Shown here: positions 25,628-39,300 of the stretch, one piece after another
Layout of the letters: the number at the start of each line of letters is the position of its first letter
How positions within the stretch are numbered: position 1 is the stretch's first letter
The notes under the pieces: model-generated
What the model was told of the DNA's origin: nothing
The model's input: the letters and a program-made list of their open reading frames with translations, nothing else
Database searches by the model: none
Program-made: the position numbers and the translations under genes
Assembly: GCA_965285935.1 (NCBI GenBank)
Contig: OZ260664.1
Location: 17,360,001-17,424,000 of the forward strand
From: Ophelia neglecta
Lineage: Eukaryota
Length of the DNA stretch: 64,000 bases
Direction: 5' to 3'

Positions 25628-28600
25628 GTATGGTACGCCGCGGCCACGCAGATATTCTATTCTCTCGGAGTGGGATTCGGGGGCTTGCAGGCGATGGCTA
25701 GCTACAACAAATTTAAACACAATGTTTTTAGGTTCGTCACTAATTATCACGAGTACCTGAATTCTGTCAGGTTTGAAATTACTGAATAACTACGGTGAAC
25801 ATACGTCAAACTGGAACTTATTGATAATCCGCATGTTCATAGTTTTTTCATAAAAAAATTGCCAATTACATAGCAAAAAATAATCACAATAAGTCATATG
25901 CCGAGAATGAAATAAAAAAAAGAAATAGAATTATGGGCATTATAAAGGGTTGTGTGCCACAAATCAAGTAAAGTGGTGCACAATTCCGAAAAACGAGAAC
26001 CCGTAACGTTGACTCGTCTCATCCTAAGCGTTTATTTTTTGTCTATTTTCAGAGATTCTATATTGGTGGCTTCTATAAATTGTGGTACCAGTGTTTTTGC
26101 CGGATTTGTTATCTTCTCTGTGATTGGCCACATGTCGGTCAGGTCAGGGCTTCCGGTAGATAAAGTGGCCGCTGGTGGTATTTATAATTTATAGTAATTA
26201 ATGCGTGTGGGGTGGAGGGTGGGGGGTTAGGAGAAAGATTGAGGGTGTAAGGGGATCTCGGGAGGCTTGGAATGAGGACGGGGGTGGGGGGTGGGGGTGG
26301 GGGGTGGGGGGGGGCACCTCGGGATAGACAGAACCTCTCTACAAACGATACCCCTGATTCCTGTGGTTATAGGATGTCGGAAAGACATCCTAAAAGTAAC
26401 TTCGACTTGTATCAACCCTTCTCGGGCCGCTTTCAGCCAATGAATTCAAATATTATTGTAAGATATCCATTGTGTAAAGAATAACGTAATTTAGTTTTGT
26501 ACCCAACTTATCTTTTGTTACTTGCGACTATTCACTGGCTGCTCTTTACTTTTCAAGGACCAGGTTTGGCGTTCATTGCCTACCCAGAAGGCATCGCGCT
26601 GATAGCGGGAGCTCCCTTTTGGTCAATTCGCTTCCTTCTTATGCTGTTCACACTCGGCCTTGACAGTCAGGTAACTATTGATAAACAGGCTCAGATTCAG
26701 ATTCAGAAATTTTAATTTGACCAGGAAAAACAAGATCATGTACAATTACGATCATAAAAATTAAGAAGACACAAAATACAATTTATCAACACTATAGGAG
26801 CATATTTCTTACATGGGACGGTTGTGTATCGGTTAAGGAGACCATTATTAAGTCCCAGATAGACGCTAGCAAGTTTGCCATGAGAGGGTAATATTCCAAA
26901 TATACATCTAAGATAACCCATGCAAATGTGAAGGAGCGTTTATCAACCACATTATATTTACAAAAGAACGATTATTTAGGTAACTTTTACAAGATTAAGT
27001 GACTTGCCTGCAGTACCACAATGATGTAATTTATGAAGTAGAATATTGTGCTCTAGCGTATCAAAGGTATTGACAGGTTCATGTATATGCTAATTGGAGT
27101 TTCTATTTCACCTATTTGCTTTATAAATGTGTCTATGTGCTTCATTGCCGCAAGTTCTGTCAAATGTTCTTTTCCTGAACCCGTGTTGTCTTCTAAAAAC
27201 AGTTAATATGATACAAAAATCATAATTGGTCAGCTAAAATTTGTTCAAAACCTTTGAAATAGTCGGGACAACCGATACTGGGCGACATTTTAAAATAGAG
27301 TTTTTTTTTACATCACATCTATACTTATCGAAACGTTAGCTATAAGGATCCTGTATAGCTGGCTTAATATTACGATTGCAAATTTCATTTTAGGCATTCA
27401 TGTTAGTATTAAGAACAGCATATTCAGGGGTGTCATGCGGAGTAGATATCACTCTTTTGTAGAGTTTGTCCCTCTCTGAACGTAATAGATGTGGTGATTC
27501 TTTCGGTTATCCAATTTGATTGTTTTTTCATGTAAGTGCTTAACATATTTTTAATTTTGGATGTTTATCATAAGCATAAGAAAAGAATCCATCCAAAAAA
27601 TTGTAATTAAGTCGAGGCCGGCCATTTCATCAGTATTGATCCAATTCTGTCACATGGAGCTTGAAATATCATTTTGGTCCCTAGGAGAAGGAGGTCGTTA
27701 AATATTACCAAGTACATGCAACTTTCCTCCAGATATCATTACCCGTGATAACAATGAACAGTCTATCCATAGTGTTGAAGTCTGACACATATCAAATACA
27801 TTGTAATCGTTTACATGTATATCTCTCAAATAAATAAGGAGTCCACCATGGGCAGTACACTGCCTACCCTAGGAAATAAAATAAAACCTTCGAGTTGAAG
27901 GGTAGACGTGTATGTTAATTCAGAGAGCTAGGTCTCTTGTCGGCAGATGGCGCTAAAGTAATACAGAGGCAACATCGCCACCTGGAGACCACGAGGGGCA
28001 ATCCTATTTTTGTCCTGGAGAAAAATGATTTGTCAAAAGGACATGTCAATAGGATATGTCAATTTTGCGTTTAACATAACCTCTATCTATTTTTCCACAT
28101 ATATCACGGGGAAGCAAACTTTTTATTTACTTGAATTTTGAACAAAAATATTAATATTAACTCTTGATTCAAGACGTAATGGGTGTTTATAATTTTTTTT
28201 GAAATAATCTATAGTAATTTGAAACTTAGAAACGAGCTTTGAAATCTACATTCAGACATTTTTATTCACCCATCTTGCACAATTTATAAGGTTTATAATT
28301 ATACGCGAAATACCCTATTATTCATCCTCTTCATAAATGGAGTAATCGGTATCTGCAATATGTAAGGTCATTGACACACAATTTCAGTTTGGTATGATGG
28401 AGACTTGTATCACGGCTCTCCAGGACGAACTCCCCTGGTTGAGACAGGGCAAACGGAGACCAATCTCCATTTTGTTATTCTGTGCGGCCCTCTTTCTTCT
28501 CGGTCTCCCACAATGCACCAGGGTTAGTCGTGAGCATACCTATGAATTTCATGCGAGAATTTAAATATATACCGATTCATTGCGTTTGCAATTGTCTTTA

Positions 28601-30342
28601 TTCATGTAAATATCGTATGTTTTTCTCTTTGGAATATAATTGTATTTTCGGATAAAAGGCTGGAATTTATGTGGTGGAGTTATTCACGTGGTATTCTGCG
28701 GGATATTCGTTGATGGGCGTGGCCATCATGGAGAGCATCGCAATCTCTTGGGCATATGGTAAACATATCCGCAGAAAATACGCAATTCCTGCATGTCAAT
28801 TAGATTATTTTTATTTGACCCACTGTTTTGATACTCATTCCTAGGCTACACTGTTGTGATATCTTTATTTACCAAAAGGTTTTAAAAACTTCTCACGGGA
28901 TGTGGAAATGATGCTTGGTAACAAATCTTTTATCTATTGGGGAGTATGCTGGATGGTCATCACACCTTTGGCAATAACGGTAAGTTCATGTGACGTCACA
29001 TCCGGTCTATTTACAGGAACACCGAAAGGGTCTACCATGTGTTTTTTCCATATTTGTATGATAGAAGTTGTTTGTTGGGTTGTTGGATCTGCTAGATATC
29101 CACTCCGTTTTTAAGATATTATAATCTATATAACTAAGCGTAGAAAACATGAGTGTTGTACGCGCTAGTGGCTAATGTTCGGTTCACTTGTACTTTTGTG
29201 AAAATCCTGTTCTTTAGGGAAGAGCTAGTGTATTCCAACTACAGAGAAAGTTTAACCTCTCCACACTAATAGCTAGATGCCCCCCTGCAGCTCCGATATA
29301 TTAATATCAGTAGACATTTGATATGTATTAGAACTCTCCGATATATTAAAAGCATTAGAAACCTGCCCTGTTTTGAGACTTTCCGATATAGTAATATCAG
29401 CAGACATCTGTCATGGTGGTGGTGGTGTCAGTATTCGTAGAAAAATTACTTAATTGGTTATTCAGTAAATTATTTGCTAATCAGTAAACAAACTTGTACA
29501 TTACCAAAACCTATCCAAACCCCAACTTTGTACTGTTATACAATTAGTCTATCCATATCTTTCCAGCAGGGATTTTCTAATGTACGCTTGTATATGGACA
29601 TTGTTGTTTTCTCCAAGTCTGGCCTATTTCCGTTGTAGGGCGTACTGATTTTCGCCATAATCGATGCCGGACCTATCTACTACGGTGACCCTCGAGTCTA
29701 CTACCCCGCGATCGTCGACAACCTGGGTATTTGTATGGCCGGCGTCTCCTTGGTGTGCATACCGCTCACAGCATTGGTGGCATATTTTAGGTCTAATGGA
29801 GACGGTTTTCGGGAGGTGAGTGGAAGAAATTACGACAACTTTTTATAATTCGCAAGCAGTGATTATGCTTAGGCTTCAATAAAACCAAGCTTCGGCTTTC
29901 GGATATCCAGGCGACCCACGACATTAGGGCATGTTTCATCTTTCAAAAAGAGGCTGGAATTGGAATGTTTTTTCTTGTTTTTAATTTTTATGAACTCCCC
30001 CTGAAAATCATTGCAGCCTCGTTCTGAAAGTTGACATGTGCAGAATTTAACAGTGAAAAATGGATCAGTAAAAATAAAAATGCAAGACATACAGGGCGTG
30101 ACCCGGCCTTATTCACCGACCACTAACAGGCTATGATACCTTATATTAATGTGTGACCTAATAACTGGTTATATATCGTATAACAAGGGTCTGTTTTTCA
30201 GTCGATGAAAGAGATACTTAGTCCGACAGAAGATTGGGGACCGGCCCTGGCCAAACACCGAACTGGTGTCTACGCCAAACCGACTGACAACTTCCCTGTG
30301 GAAAGAATAGTCGCCCAGGATAACCCGCCATTTATGTTCTAA
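25628..30342 (+). pseudogene. Fragment E: 3' half (exons 8-15) of a divergent SLC6 paralog; 5' exons absent
   Basis: Exons 25628-25731 ([27 protein letters not shown]), 26053-26177, 26558-26670 ([18 protein letters not shown]), 28388-28522, 28659-28758, 28879-28979, 29639-29815, 30202-30342 (WGPALAKHRTG..FMF*). AATAAA at 30381. In frame throughout, but I found no TM1-TM5 exons upstream on this strand. Confidence 0.85.
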
Positions 30343-31502
30343 ATGTTGATCTCGCGTGGCGCGGTTTTACGGTTAAGTCAAATAAAACGTACCGCGAGAA
30401 ATTGGTAATGGTGGCCTTAATCTGAGTATACAATTATGGAGGTGTGAAATATAGGATAAATGAATTTCGTGTGCAATGTTATCTCGGTATTTTGCGTTTT
30501 TCATTATTCAAGCAGCTACCAGTTTCGAAAAAAAGACGGGTGGGGAGGGGGGGGGGGTGGTCTTTTGTTTCGTTTCAGTTATCATAACGAAAATATCTGG
30601 TTCATATTCCAGATATACAGTCTACCAGAAACCATGTCACCATGGCAACCGGAAAACTGGGCTTGTATAATTATACAAACATTTACATCTACAAAATTAT
30701 TGATGGCAATGTCATGTAATTCATGAAAGCAGCAATTTTAATGTTTTCCCCTGTATGAGAGGTATGGGTTTAAAGAAGTCCACACCTCTTATGGCTGTGA
30801 TCAACATTTGGGGTTATTTTATTTCAAGTTTATCTTGTGCCTTTAGCTGACAATATATTTCATAGTCTGTATCAACAGTGTGGGCTTTATCAATGATTGC
30901 TTGCATGACTTTAAATGTTAGACCAGCTTATACGCCGTTAAATAGAGAGATGACATTTAAAATGACTTTGCCACTAATAATATTGTAGATCTAATTAGCA
31001 ACCCCTCAAAATGCAAGTAAGCCTACTTTTCCACGCAAACATGTTATCATTTAAAAGTGTGTAAATGACTTTAAAATTTACACGCCGAGGGAGACGCCGG
31101 TAGGAGACGTCAGTGACGTCTCCCTCGTGGTTTTACAGTTCAAATTTAGCTTGGAAATGGCTTATGCGTGTGTGATTTGAAACTGGACATTAACCGCTGC
31201 CTGACAATTGATACTTTTCGATTTGATGCTTTTAGCGGTCCTATAAACATATGGCAATATGAGCCGCTACCGCACCGCTTTTGCCGCAAGACACCATCAT
31301 CACCACTTATTTTTTAGCGGCAATACAGGTTATATGGCAGTATGCCCCTATCATACAGCTAATACTGCTTTGTCACCCCTATTGCCGCTAATTTTTTTTT
31401 TAGCGGTAATGCTATGCATACGGTATTCTGGGTCGCTACAGACCCCTTTTATACCACTAGAACACCGCTACCCTATTGACCAAGCAATTTTAAAAGGTAG
31501 CT

Positions 31503-31628
31503 GGACCAGGGTGAGGTTTGAACCATTGACCTCTAGACTGTTTAATTATGTTATTAAGACTGTGTGATTAAGGAGATTAGTGAGGAAATTCTTAAAGGCT
31601 GCTACTCTACTGACTGAGCTATCTCATC
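31503..31628 (-). pseudogene. tRNA-derived pseudogene or SINE head with a ~55-nt insert after the anticodon region
   Basis: - strand reads GATAGCTCAGTCAGTAGAG (A box) .. CAGCCTTTAAG [AT-rich insert] TCTAGAGGTCAATGGTTCAAACC (B box). The stems pair poorly. Confidence 0.55.
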
Positions 31629-33313
31629 TTGTGGTTAGACAAGTACAGGAGAGGTATGTACTATAAGTCTATTCAAGTGATTTCAGGTTGCATTATTGAT
31701 TCGGAAAATTTATCTTTATGCCTATTGTGTAAAATCATACGGTTATATGATAATTGTTTAAGCCTTGAACGGTATAAATACAAATAGAGCAAACTTCTAA
31801 GCTTGTTCCTTAATACTTGTGAGGGCTAAATATTCACCCTTATGTAATACTTTGAATTATAATAAGCCCAATTAACTTCTTTCTCGCAATTTATTAAATT
31901 CGGTCCACTTACTATGTTTTTATTAAAAATGTGCAAGGTTTAATGACCAGTTTACTGTCTTTTTGATTCAAATTTTTTCTATGTCTAGCTTTTCCCCAGC
32001 TGAATTTATTTTATCCCATATTTCTTCCCCTAACATTTAGGAAAATTACCCCTTTCCTCTTTCAATTTTACCCTAGCCGAGGATAATACCCAAATAAGAG
32101 GTTTCAATAAGTTATTGTCAATAAGATACCAGGTAAACACATGTGGAAAAATCTACCCATTACTACATGTAGTTAAATATACAAGTAACTCAGGCAATGT
32201 TAATTTGATAAATGTCAATATTGTGCAAATACAAAATATGTACATGTATATCTTAAAAAACAATACAATAATTATAATAGAGTTATCATGTATATTAGAA
32301 ACCCTTCACTTCCAATATGTAAAGCATTTGTACAGCCATTTCCAGGAACATTGTATTTCACTGGATAAAGCACTGTGCGGAACAGTTTTCCCTTTTGGGC
32401 AGAGGAATAACTCCTGATGATTTTAAATTCCTCCTTCAAAGGAATAATTTTCTTTTATTTCAAGAATTTTTTCCATTTAAAGGAGCTTTTCCACATTTAT
32501 ATTTCAGTCTCAGTTGGTACAAGAAGAGTCTGATTAGCAGTGTTCAGCGGTGAACAAAATGGCTAAATCTTTGTAGCAGCTATTAGCGGTGATCTAGCAG
32601 TAAACGCTGAGATAATAGCGGTCAACGCTATTATGTGAGAGGCTGGCCTGTCACCGCTAAAACACTGTTTTTTGCCGCTAAAATTCGCTCTTGGCTTGTT
32701 AAATACGGTGCTGGTTGGTCCTATCAAATGATTACCCTGCAAGGGTCCTAAAAAGGTATATAAATGTGTTTTACACTTAGTCTTTCTGGTGTTTGGAGTA
32801 TCCCAATTGCATTATAAATTTAAAAAGAAATATATTTCGTCAGTTTGTTTGTATCTAAAAGCACTTTATCCATTGTTACGTATACTATAGTTACTTAAGC
32901 TCACGATTAAACATTATATGGTATCTTGTCAGTTGGGTGTCATCTTCTGCAGGTAAAATGTTAATTGAATTAAGCCTATATAGCAAAAATTACTTTTTGT
33001 AAAACACACCATTATTATACATTTTATTATAACCGACTCGACCCTTTAATATATACAACATCACTAACTCAAATGAGAACTAACAGCTAGTATTTGTACT
33101 GGGATATCACCTACTTGTTGGATAAGACCTAGTTTTAACCTAGAATATATTGATTACATCACAGCTTGTTCGTACAGATCTTGCATACTCAGTAATATAT
33201 GGCCTTTGCAGTCGAGATGCCACACCCTCTTTGCGATCTATTTACCAAAATGCAGCGCAAAAGATATTAAGCTACATTAATATGGAAAGTAGTCGGACGC
33301 GTGCTGTTTTTGT

Positions 33314-36300
33314 TTAATCCTCGATTTGTGTTTTGATCTCGTCTGCTCCCGCGTCATATCCCCCATTCTGGTAACTTTTTTTCGCGCCAGGATAATTTCC
33401 ATTCAAAGTGGTTGGAACCGCATCTTCGTATCTGTATTAAAATAATTCGAAATGATGTACGAATTTTATACTACTTTAATAAATTTAAATGACATAGCAC
33501 CGGATAATAATCCAAGTTTCGGCTGGCAAGCCTGGCTTCATTTAAATGTTATTCAAAATTAATGATCCCGTGATGAATCGTATTTAAGGCAAGCTTAAAT
33601 GTATGCTTTATGGTATTTTTTTTAAACTAGGCCTATAGTTATCCAGAGCACAAAAACTCCCACCCCCTCGGAATTAAAATGCCAATATCTTGAAGCATAA
33701 AATATAAGACTAATAATTTTTATTCGCACAAGTCGAGATTTAAACTCAGTTTAAATAATGAAAACACGTACCTTCCTGTGCGATAAGATTCCAAAGCAGG
33801 TCCCCACTCTTTCGTGGGGAGTAGTATCTTCGGCAACGTCTGAAAACACCCCTTAGAATTGAACACCAAAACATGAATAAGGACGTGGAATATTGAGTTA
33901 TCATACACACTACATATAAGTGCACACTTGAAATACAAATTAAATAGACTTGTCGATTTAAAATGTGTTTTCCAGACAAAAAATCAATGTTTATGAATGA
34001 AGACTGTATTAGGTCTGCAAATAAACCAAATGCGGCGAAAGATACGAAAGAAAATGCTGGACAGCGTTCCCGAGCACTCACCGTGAAGAAGTCATGTGCT
34101 TTGCAGTAGTTTATCAGAGCGACCAAGGGGATGAACATCAGGGCGAGAGACACCATAAGCCAACCTATCACGTCAGCCCACCACGGCTGATAGATGCCGT
34201 TCAGGGAAAGTTTGACGTACGACATGCCCATGTAAACGATCACAAACTGGGTAAAACAGGAAAAACGAATACGAATATATGCCATCACATACCCACTGAA
34301 GGAAATTGACATTAAACAGATATATTCAAAATATCTAAAATTGCATAAAAAGTTTTCAATATTTTTAGGATTGATAAAATATAGTTTTGAGACCATGTGC
34401 GAAAGCAGAGGGATAAAAGACAAGATAAAAATTCAATATGACAGCGCAGAAGACCAAAATAAACTAAGAGGGCGGTGATCACTGTTCACTTAACAGCCTT
34501 AACTATCAATAATTATAGTTCAGTATTTTTAATTTCTCTTTAGGAGCTGGGGATTAATGTATGTGGGCCTGTAGCTGTTGTTGTTGTTGTTGTTTGGGTT
34601 TTACGTGGAAATCCACACCTATATGGGCACATCGCCACGGTGCCTACTTGTGACAGTGGGCCCTTCTTTATATGCCTTCTTTATAGTGCTGCCTCACTGG
34701 AGTACCTGCCATAGACACTGTGTTGACCAGTCCTGATACTACCCCCAAAATGCCGGGCGCCTAGCAGGGGAGCCATCAGTACGTATTCTTACGTCTTGGG
34801 TTTAAAGCAATCGGGATTCGAAGCCCGATCTACCACTGGCGAGGCGGACACCCTAACCACTCGGCCACGCTTTGGTGGTTGTGGGCCTGTAGCTGCTGGC
34901 CCCCTGCAGCATCGGACCGATGTAACAGACTACATACATTCTTGATAAGTGATTTCATTTTGCCTGACGGGTATCAACTCCCTGTTTTTATTGTTAATAT
35001 CTGGAAAAAGTAACAATACAAAAACAACGGAAAGAGATCGGCAATCAACGAGTAGCCCTCTGTTCCTGGGATTAAACAATGCTTGGAAACACCACTCAAA
35101 AGTTCAAATATAAGATAAGTTAATGCCTCGTGCAGATTATATTGTGATTATAGGGACAAATGACTGTCTGTTCGACAACTATTCATAAACTTCTAATCAC
35201 AGTGTCCCAGTAGCTGTGTAAAATGGTCTACTATAGTGTATTGGCAAACCAAGAGTATTTTTTAAATGTTATATCCACGGGAATTTCCCGAATTTCTCGT
35301 CACTCCACTAGGTAACTGGGGTGTGCGTTTGTGTGAATGTGAATGTGTGTTTGCATGTGTGTGTGTGGTGGTTTGGGGGGGGGGGGGTTGTAAGAAGTTT
35401 ACTTTCTTGTAAACGTTTATCTGTAAATTTATCGCAGTTATTTTTCAAATATATTGCGACAATTGTTTTTCGAGGTATTTTTAATTAATTTTGGTACTAA
35501 CAAATATCCTTCTTCTCTTTAATTATGTCTAGCATTTCACTCCCCATCCCCCTGACATTTAACAATGCCTCCCTTATAGGCCTTCAAAAACTTGCTTGTA
35601 ATTTAGGCCCACCGAAGACGTAAAACAACAATCACTTATTATTTTTTTCTATTGCCTAGACCCTCTGTTTTGTTTGTGAAAGAGGAAACAAGTGGGAAGC
35701 TTACGATCATCATAGCCGGAGAGATTAAACACCACATAGGCCACCAGTAGACATAGAAGGTGATTCGGATAAACGGCCACATGCAACTCTCACCCAGCAT
35801 CATTTGAATGTCATCCGTGAAGCGACGTACACCTGGAGCATTGATTGAACAAGAAACATCAAATACGAGTTAAAAACAAAAACAAAATAACAATGGATTA
35901 AGAAGTTGCCATTGCAGAGGATTTACACAGGAAGTGCCCTGAAAGTGTATATTTTTCTCAGTTTGCCAGCACTGCAGCTGATTGGCTAAAGCCATGCCCG
36001 GTTGTAGCATATACAGTAGGGGTATGGAATTTCACACCCATTAGGGTGTGTACAAATGTGTGTGTGTGGGGGGGGGGGGGAGGGGGTCCCCTTAAATTTT
36101 TAAGCGTGAACCTGACATTTTCAAGACAAGATATACATTTAAAACTATTATTTTCATATAATTCTTTATATTGAATTGGGTAAGCACTATTGTTCGGTAG
36201 CACAATAGGGCCAATAAGATAGTTTTTAATAATATTTAAAAATATTATCTATTTTCATATTAATAGTTTCATCTTTTTAAGTTGGTTTGTTACCCCTCAA

Positions 36301-39300
36301 AAGTGCAATGATCTTACTTATGGCTAAAAAATATGTTGGGAATTTCAATCCGGCGAACATTAAGCGATTCAAAGTCTTAAAGCCTCACCGTATATCCAAG
36401 CGATGGCCACGACTTCCAGAATCGACACGACTACCAGAGAGAAGCCAGCGCTGTACCAGTCAAACAGATTGAGGATGAACGGGCCTGCCTGAAAACAACA
36501 ATGAAATACGAAATCTTAATATTCATATTAAATACATATGGAATTCGCGCACAGGTTAGAGCTCCATGAGGCCAATAAGTAAAAAAAAAACAGCCGAACA
36601 GTCACCTAAGGTGAGTTAGTTAAACGCATAGCATATCGCTAATATATATATATGAAAGATATGCGCAATTCTTACCCTAGAAACTTGTGGTAAAGCAACG
36701 AGGAAAAGGAAGATACAGATACTGGCAGTCAAAATCAGTTTGGCATATTTTCCTTTCTTTGCAAAATTGAACTCATCGTATATGGCCGTGATCACCGTTT
36801 CCATCATGGCGAACTGGAAGAAGACAAATCAAGAGGCCTCCATAGATTACAACAAGCTCATTGCATTCAAGTCAGTAAAATATTAAGAATAATGCGGCAG
36901 CTCACATCATTCATGAAGTACTTTGTCGAATAAACTCCATATTCAAGAGTTGAAATAATACAGGTTTTTTAAAGTGGTTTCATAGTTTGCCCGACGTCAT
37001 AATGACAGAAAACTTAAATTAAAAAATGAAACATTGAGCAAAAATAGTTGTCAGTATTCTATTGATAATTCATTGCTGCCAATTCTACAGAGAGAAAAAA
37101 CAGTCGAATTAAATAATAAGCTGACTTCTATAGTTGAAATATTTTAAACAGTTTTGATTACTTTCTAATTATTGATATGGTGTTTTCAGTTGTTTCAATA
37201 GTTTTATAACACAAAGTCTCGCTTTATTCTTTTGTCGCTGTGGCAGTTCTCTTATGATTATATCATAAAAAAAGATTGGCTTCATCGCACATTTTTAAAA
37301 TAAATAGGGAGACGCCCCTTGTAACAATTAAAATGGGTTCTGAAGTTGTACAAAGTAGGTTTTCAATAGTTTAAGCTAGTGAAAGGGGTGTTTTCAATAG
37401 TTTAAACTATTTAAACGATAAAATAGGTGTTTTTAAAATCAATTTAAACTATTTAAAAGTGTGTTGCAATAGTTCAACTACTGAAACAATTTAAATTATT
37501 GAAACGGGTGTTCTTAATGGTTTATGGTATAGTTTAAAGTATCGAATAAATTTAATTGATTGAAAGGGGCGTTTTCAATAGGTTAAACGGTTTAGACTAT
37601 TGAATCAATTTAAAATGTTGAAAGGAGTGTTTTCATTATTTCAAATAATTACAACAATAAAAACAATTGATAGTAGCGTTTTCGATCATTTCATCTATTA
37701 AACATCTGTCTCAACTATTTGACATCCTTGCAAATTATTGAATTAATGCAGAAATGTGAACAATTGCTCATTAATGAAACGCATTAATCATTTGATGCCA
37801 CCTCAAATAATTATTGATTTGACGACGTGTAATCAAATGCACTTAAAATGGAACGACATTCCATAATTTCAGCCTGGTCTCAACTGATTAATCTTGTGGA
37901 AAATGATAAACTATTAGAATTTTTGAAAGCTATTTAAATGGAGGTTCTTCCACCAAGCCTGTTATACCTTGCCACGCTGTAATTCATGTCTCCCTCTTCA
38001 ATGCCTCATGGAAATTACAGTACGTTTGAAACCAACTCATTTTGTTATTGTCCTATGCCCTGTGTAAACACATCTTACATAAAGAAGGGTTTTTAAGAGG
38101 CTGTGCTAGGTTGTGCCATGCACTTTGCTTTTTGCCTTTTATGAAATGTCATATTTGCAGGTGACTAATAAGCCCAGTAGGGCTGGGTGTCATTGGTTTG
38201 TTTAGGGTTTACTCTCTATGCTTATAAATGTTTACACTATGTTTGTCACTATAATAAACAATCAACCTATTGTCTACAAACAGCGGGATTTTCTTGATCC
38301 ACGTATGTCTCACCTGGCTGTCCAGTCCTAGTGTGAACAACATGAGAAAGAAGAGGATAGACCAAAGAGGAGCAACTGGCATGGTCGCGATACCTTCTGG
38401 GTAGGCTATGAAGGCAAGACCAAATCCTGGAAATAGACATCAATGTACTGAATGGCTTTATAAGGACTTCTACACTTAAAATGTGTAGAAAAAATCAGTT
38501 AGTTGAAATCAGAATTATTCTAAAAGTCAATAGATTTGAAATGCAAGATTAGTATTTCTGAATGAAATGCCGGTCATTTTATGAGATGTGAAGAAAGGGT
38601 CTTTACTTAATACCGGGGTTTTAGTCTAAAAAAAGGGTCATTATAGGGTTTGCAAAATTGGCTACAAAGATATTATAGTGTATACAGCGGTTTTTTTCGA
38701 TTGCTTTTCCCTGCCTTACCACTTTCGGCCACATGTGACACGGGAAGACCGGTTTTGAATGCCATGTGTCCGAGAACAGAGAAAATGACGAAACCAGCAA
38801 ACACGCTAGTGGCGCAGTTTAAAAACGACACAATCAGAGCGTCCCTGTAACGTGCAGTGAAAAGAATTATAACTACCAGCTTTGGCGAGTAGTCCAGCAT
38901 GTTTTCATAAAATAGGAGGGACAATTTAGAACAGTTGAAACTTAGTTGGCCTTACACAGGTAAACAGAATGCAAGAAGACCTTTATTTGAAATACTTTTT
39001 TGAAATGAGGCTGTGAGACTGAAGGTCATTTCAAATAGATCATGACCTCAAATTGGGAATTAGCCACATTCCAACAAGGTTCTTCATACTGACTGATTGC
39101 TGTCCTAATTAAATTTTGGTTGTTTTCTGAGTGAGCATTCTCCAAAAGATCTTCTAAGAATTCTTCAATCAATAAATTAAGATCGTGTCGACTGACGGAG
39201 TGAGGCTGTTTCGAAATAAGGAAAAAGTAGGCATGCATGGAAATATTAAGGATTATTGGCTAGGATTTGGCTGCCAGAGAAGAATTTTATGAAGATCTTT

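Noticed and set aside
30613-30670. Extra terminal exon for E (ttccag|ATATACAGTC..TAA)
   Set aside because: No good phase-2 donor upstream. Exon 15 already reaches a stop at 30342 followed by AATAAA.
31503-31628. Functional tRNA with a TTA (suppressor) anticodon
   Set aside because: The acceptor, anticodon and T stems do not pair properly; treated as a relic.
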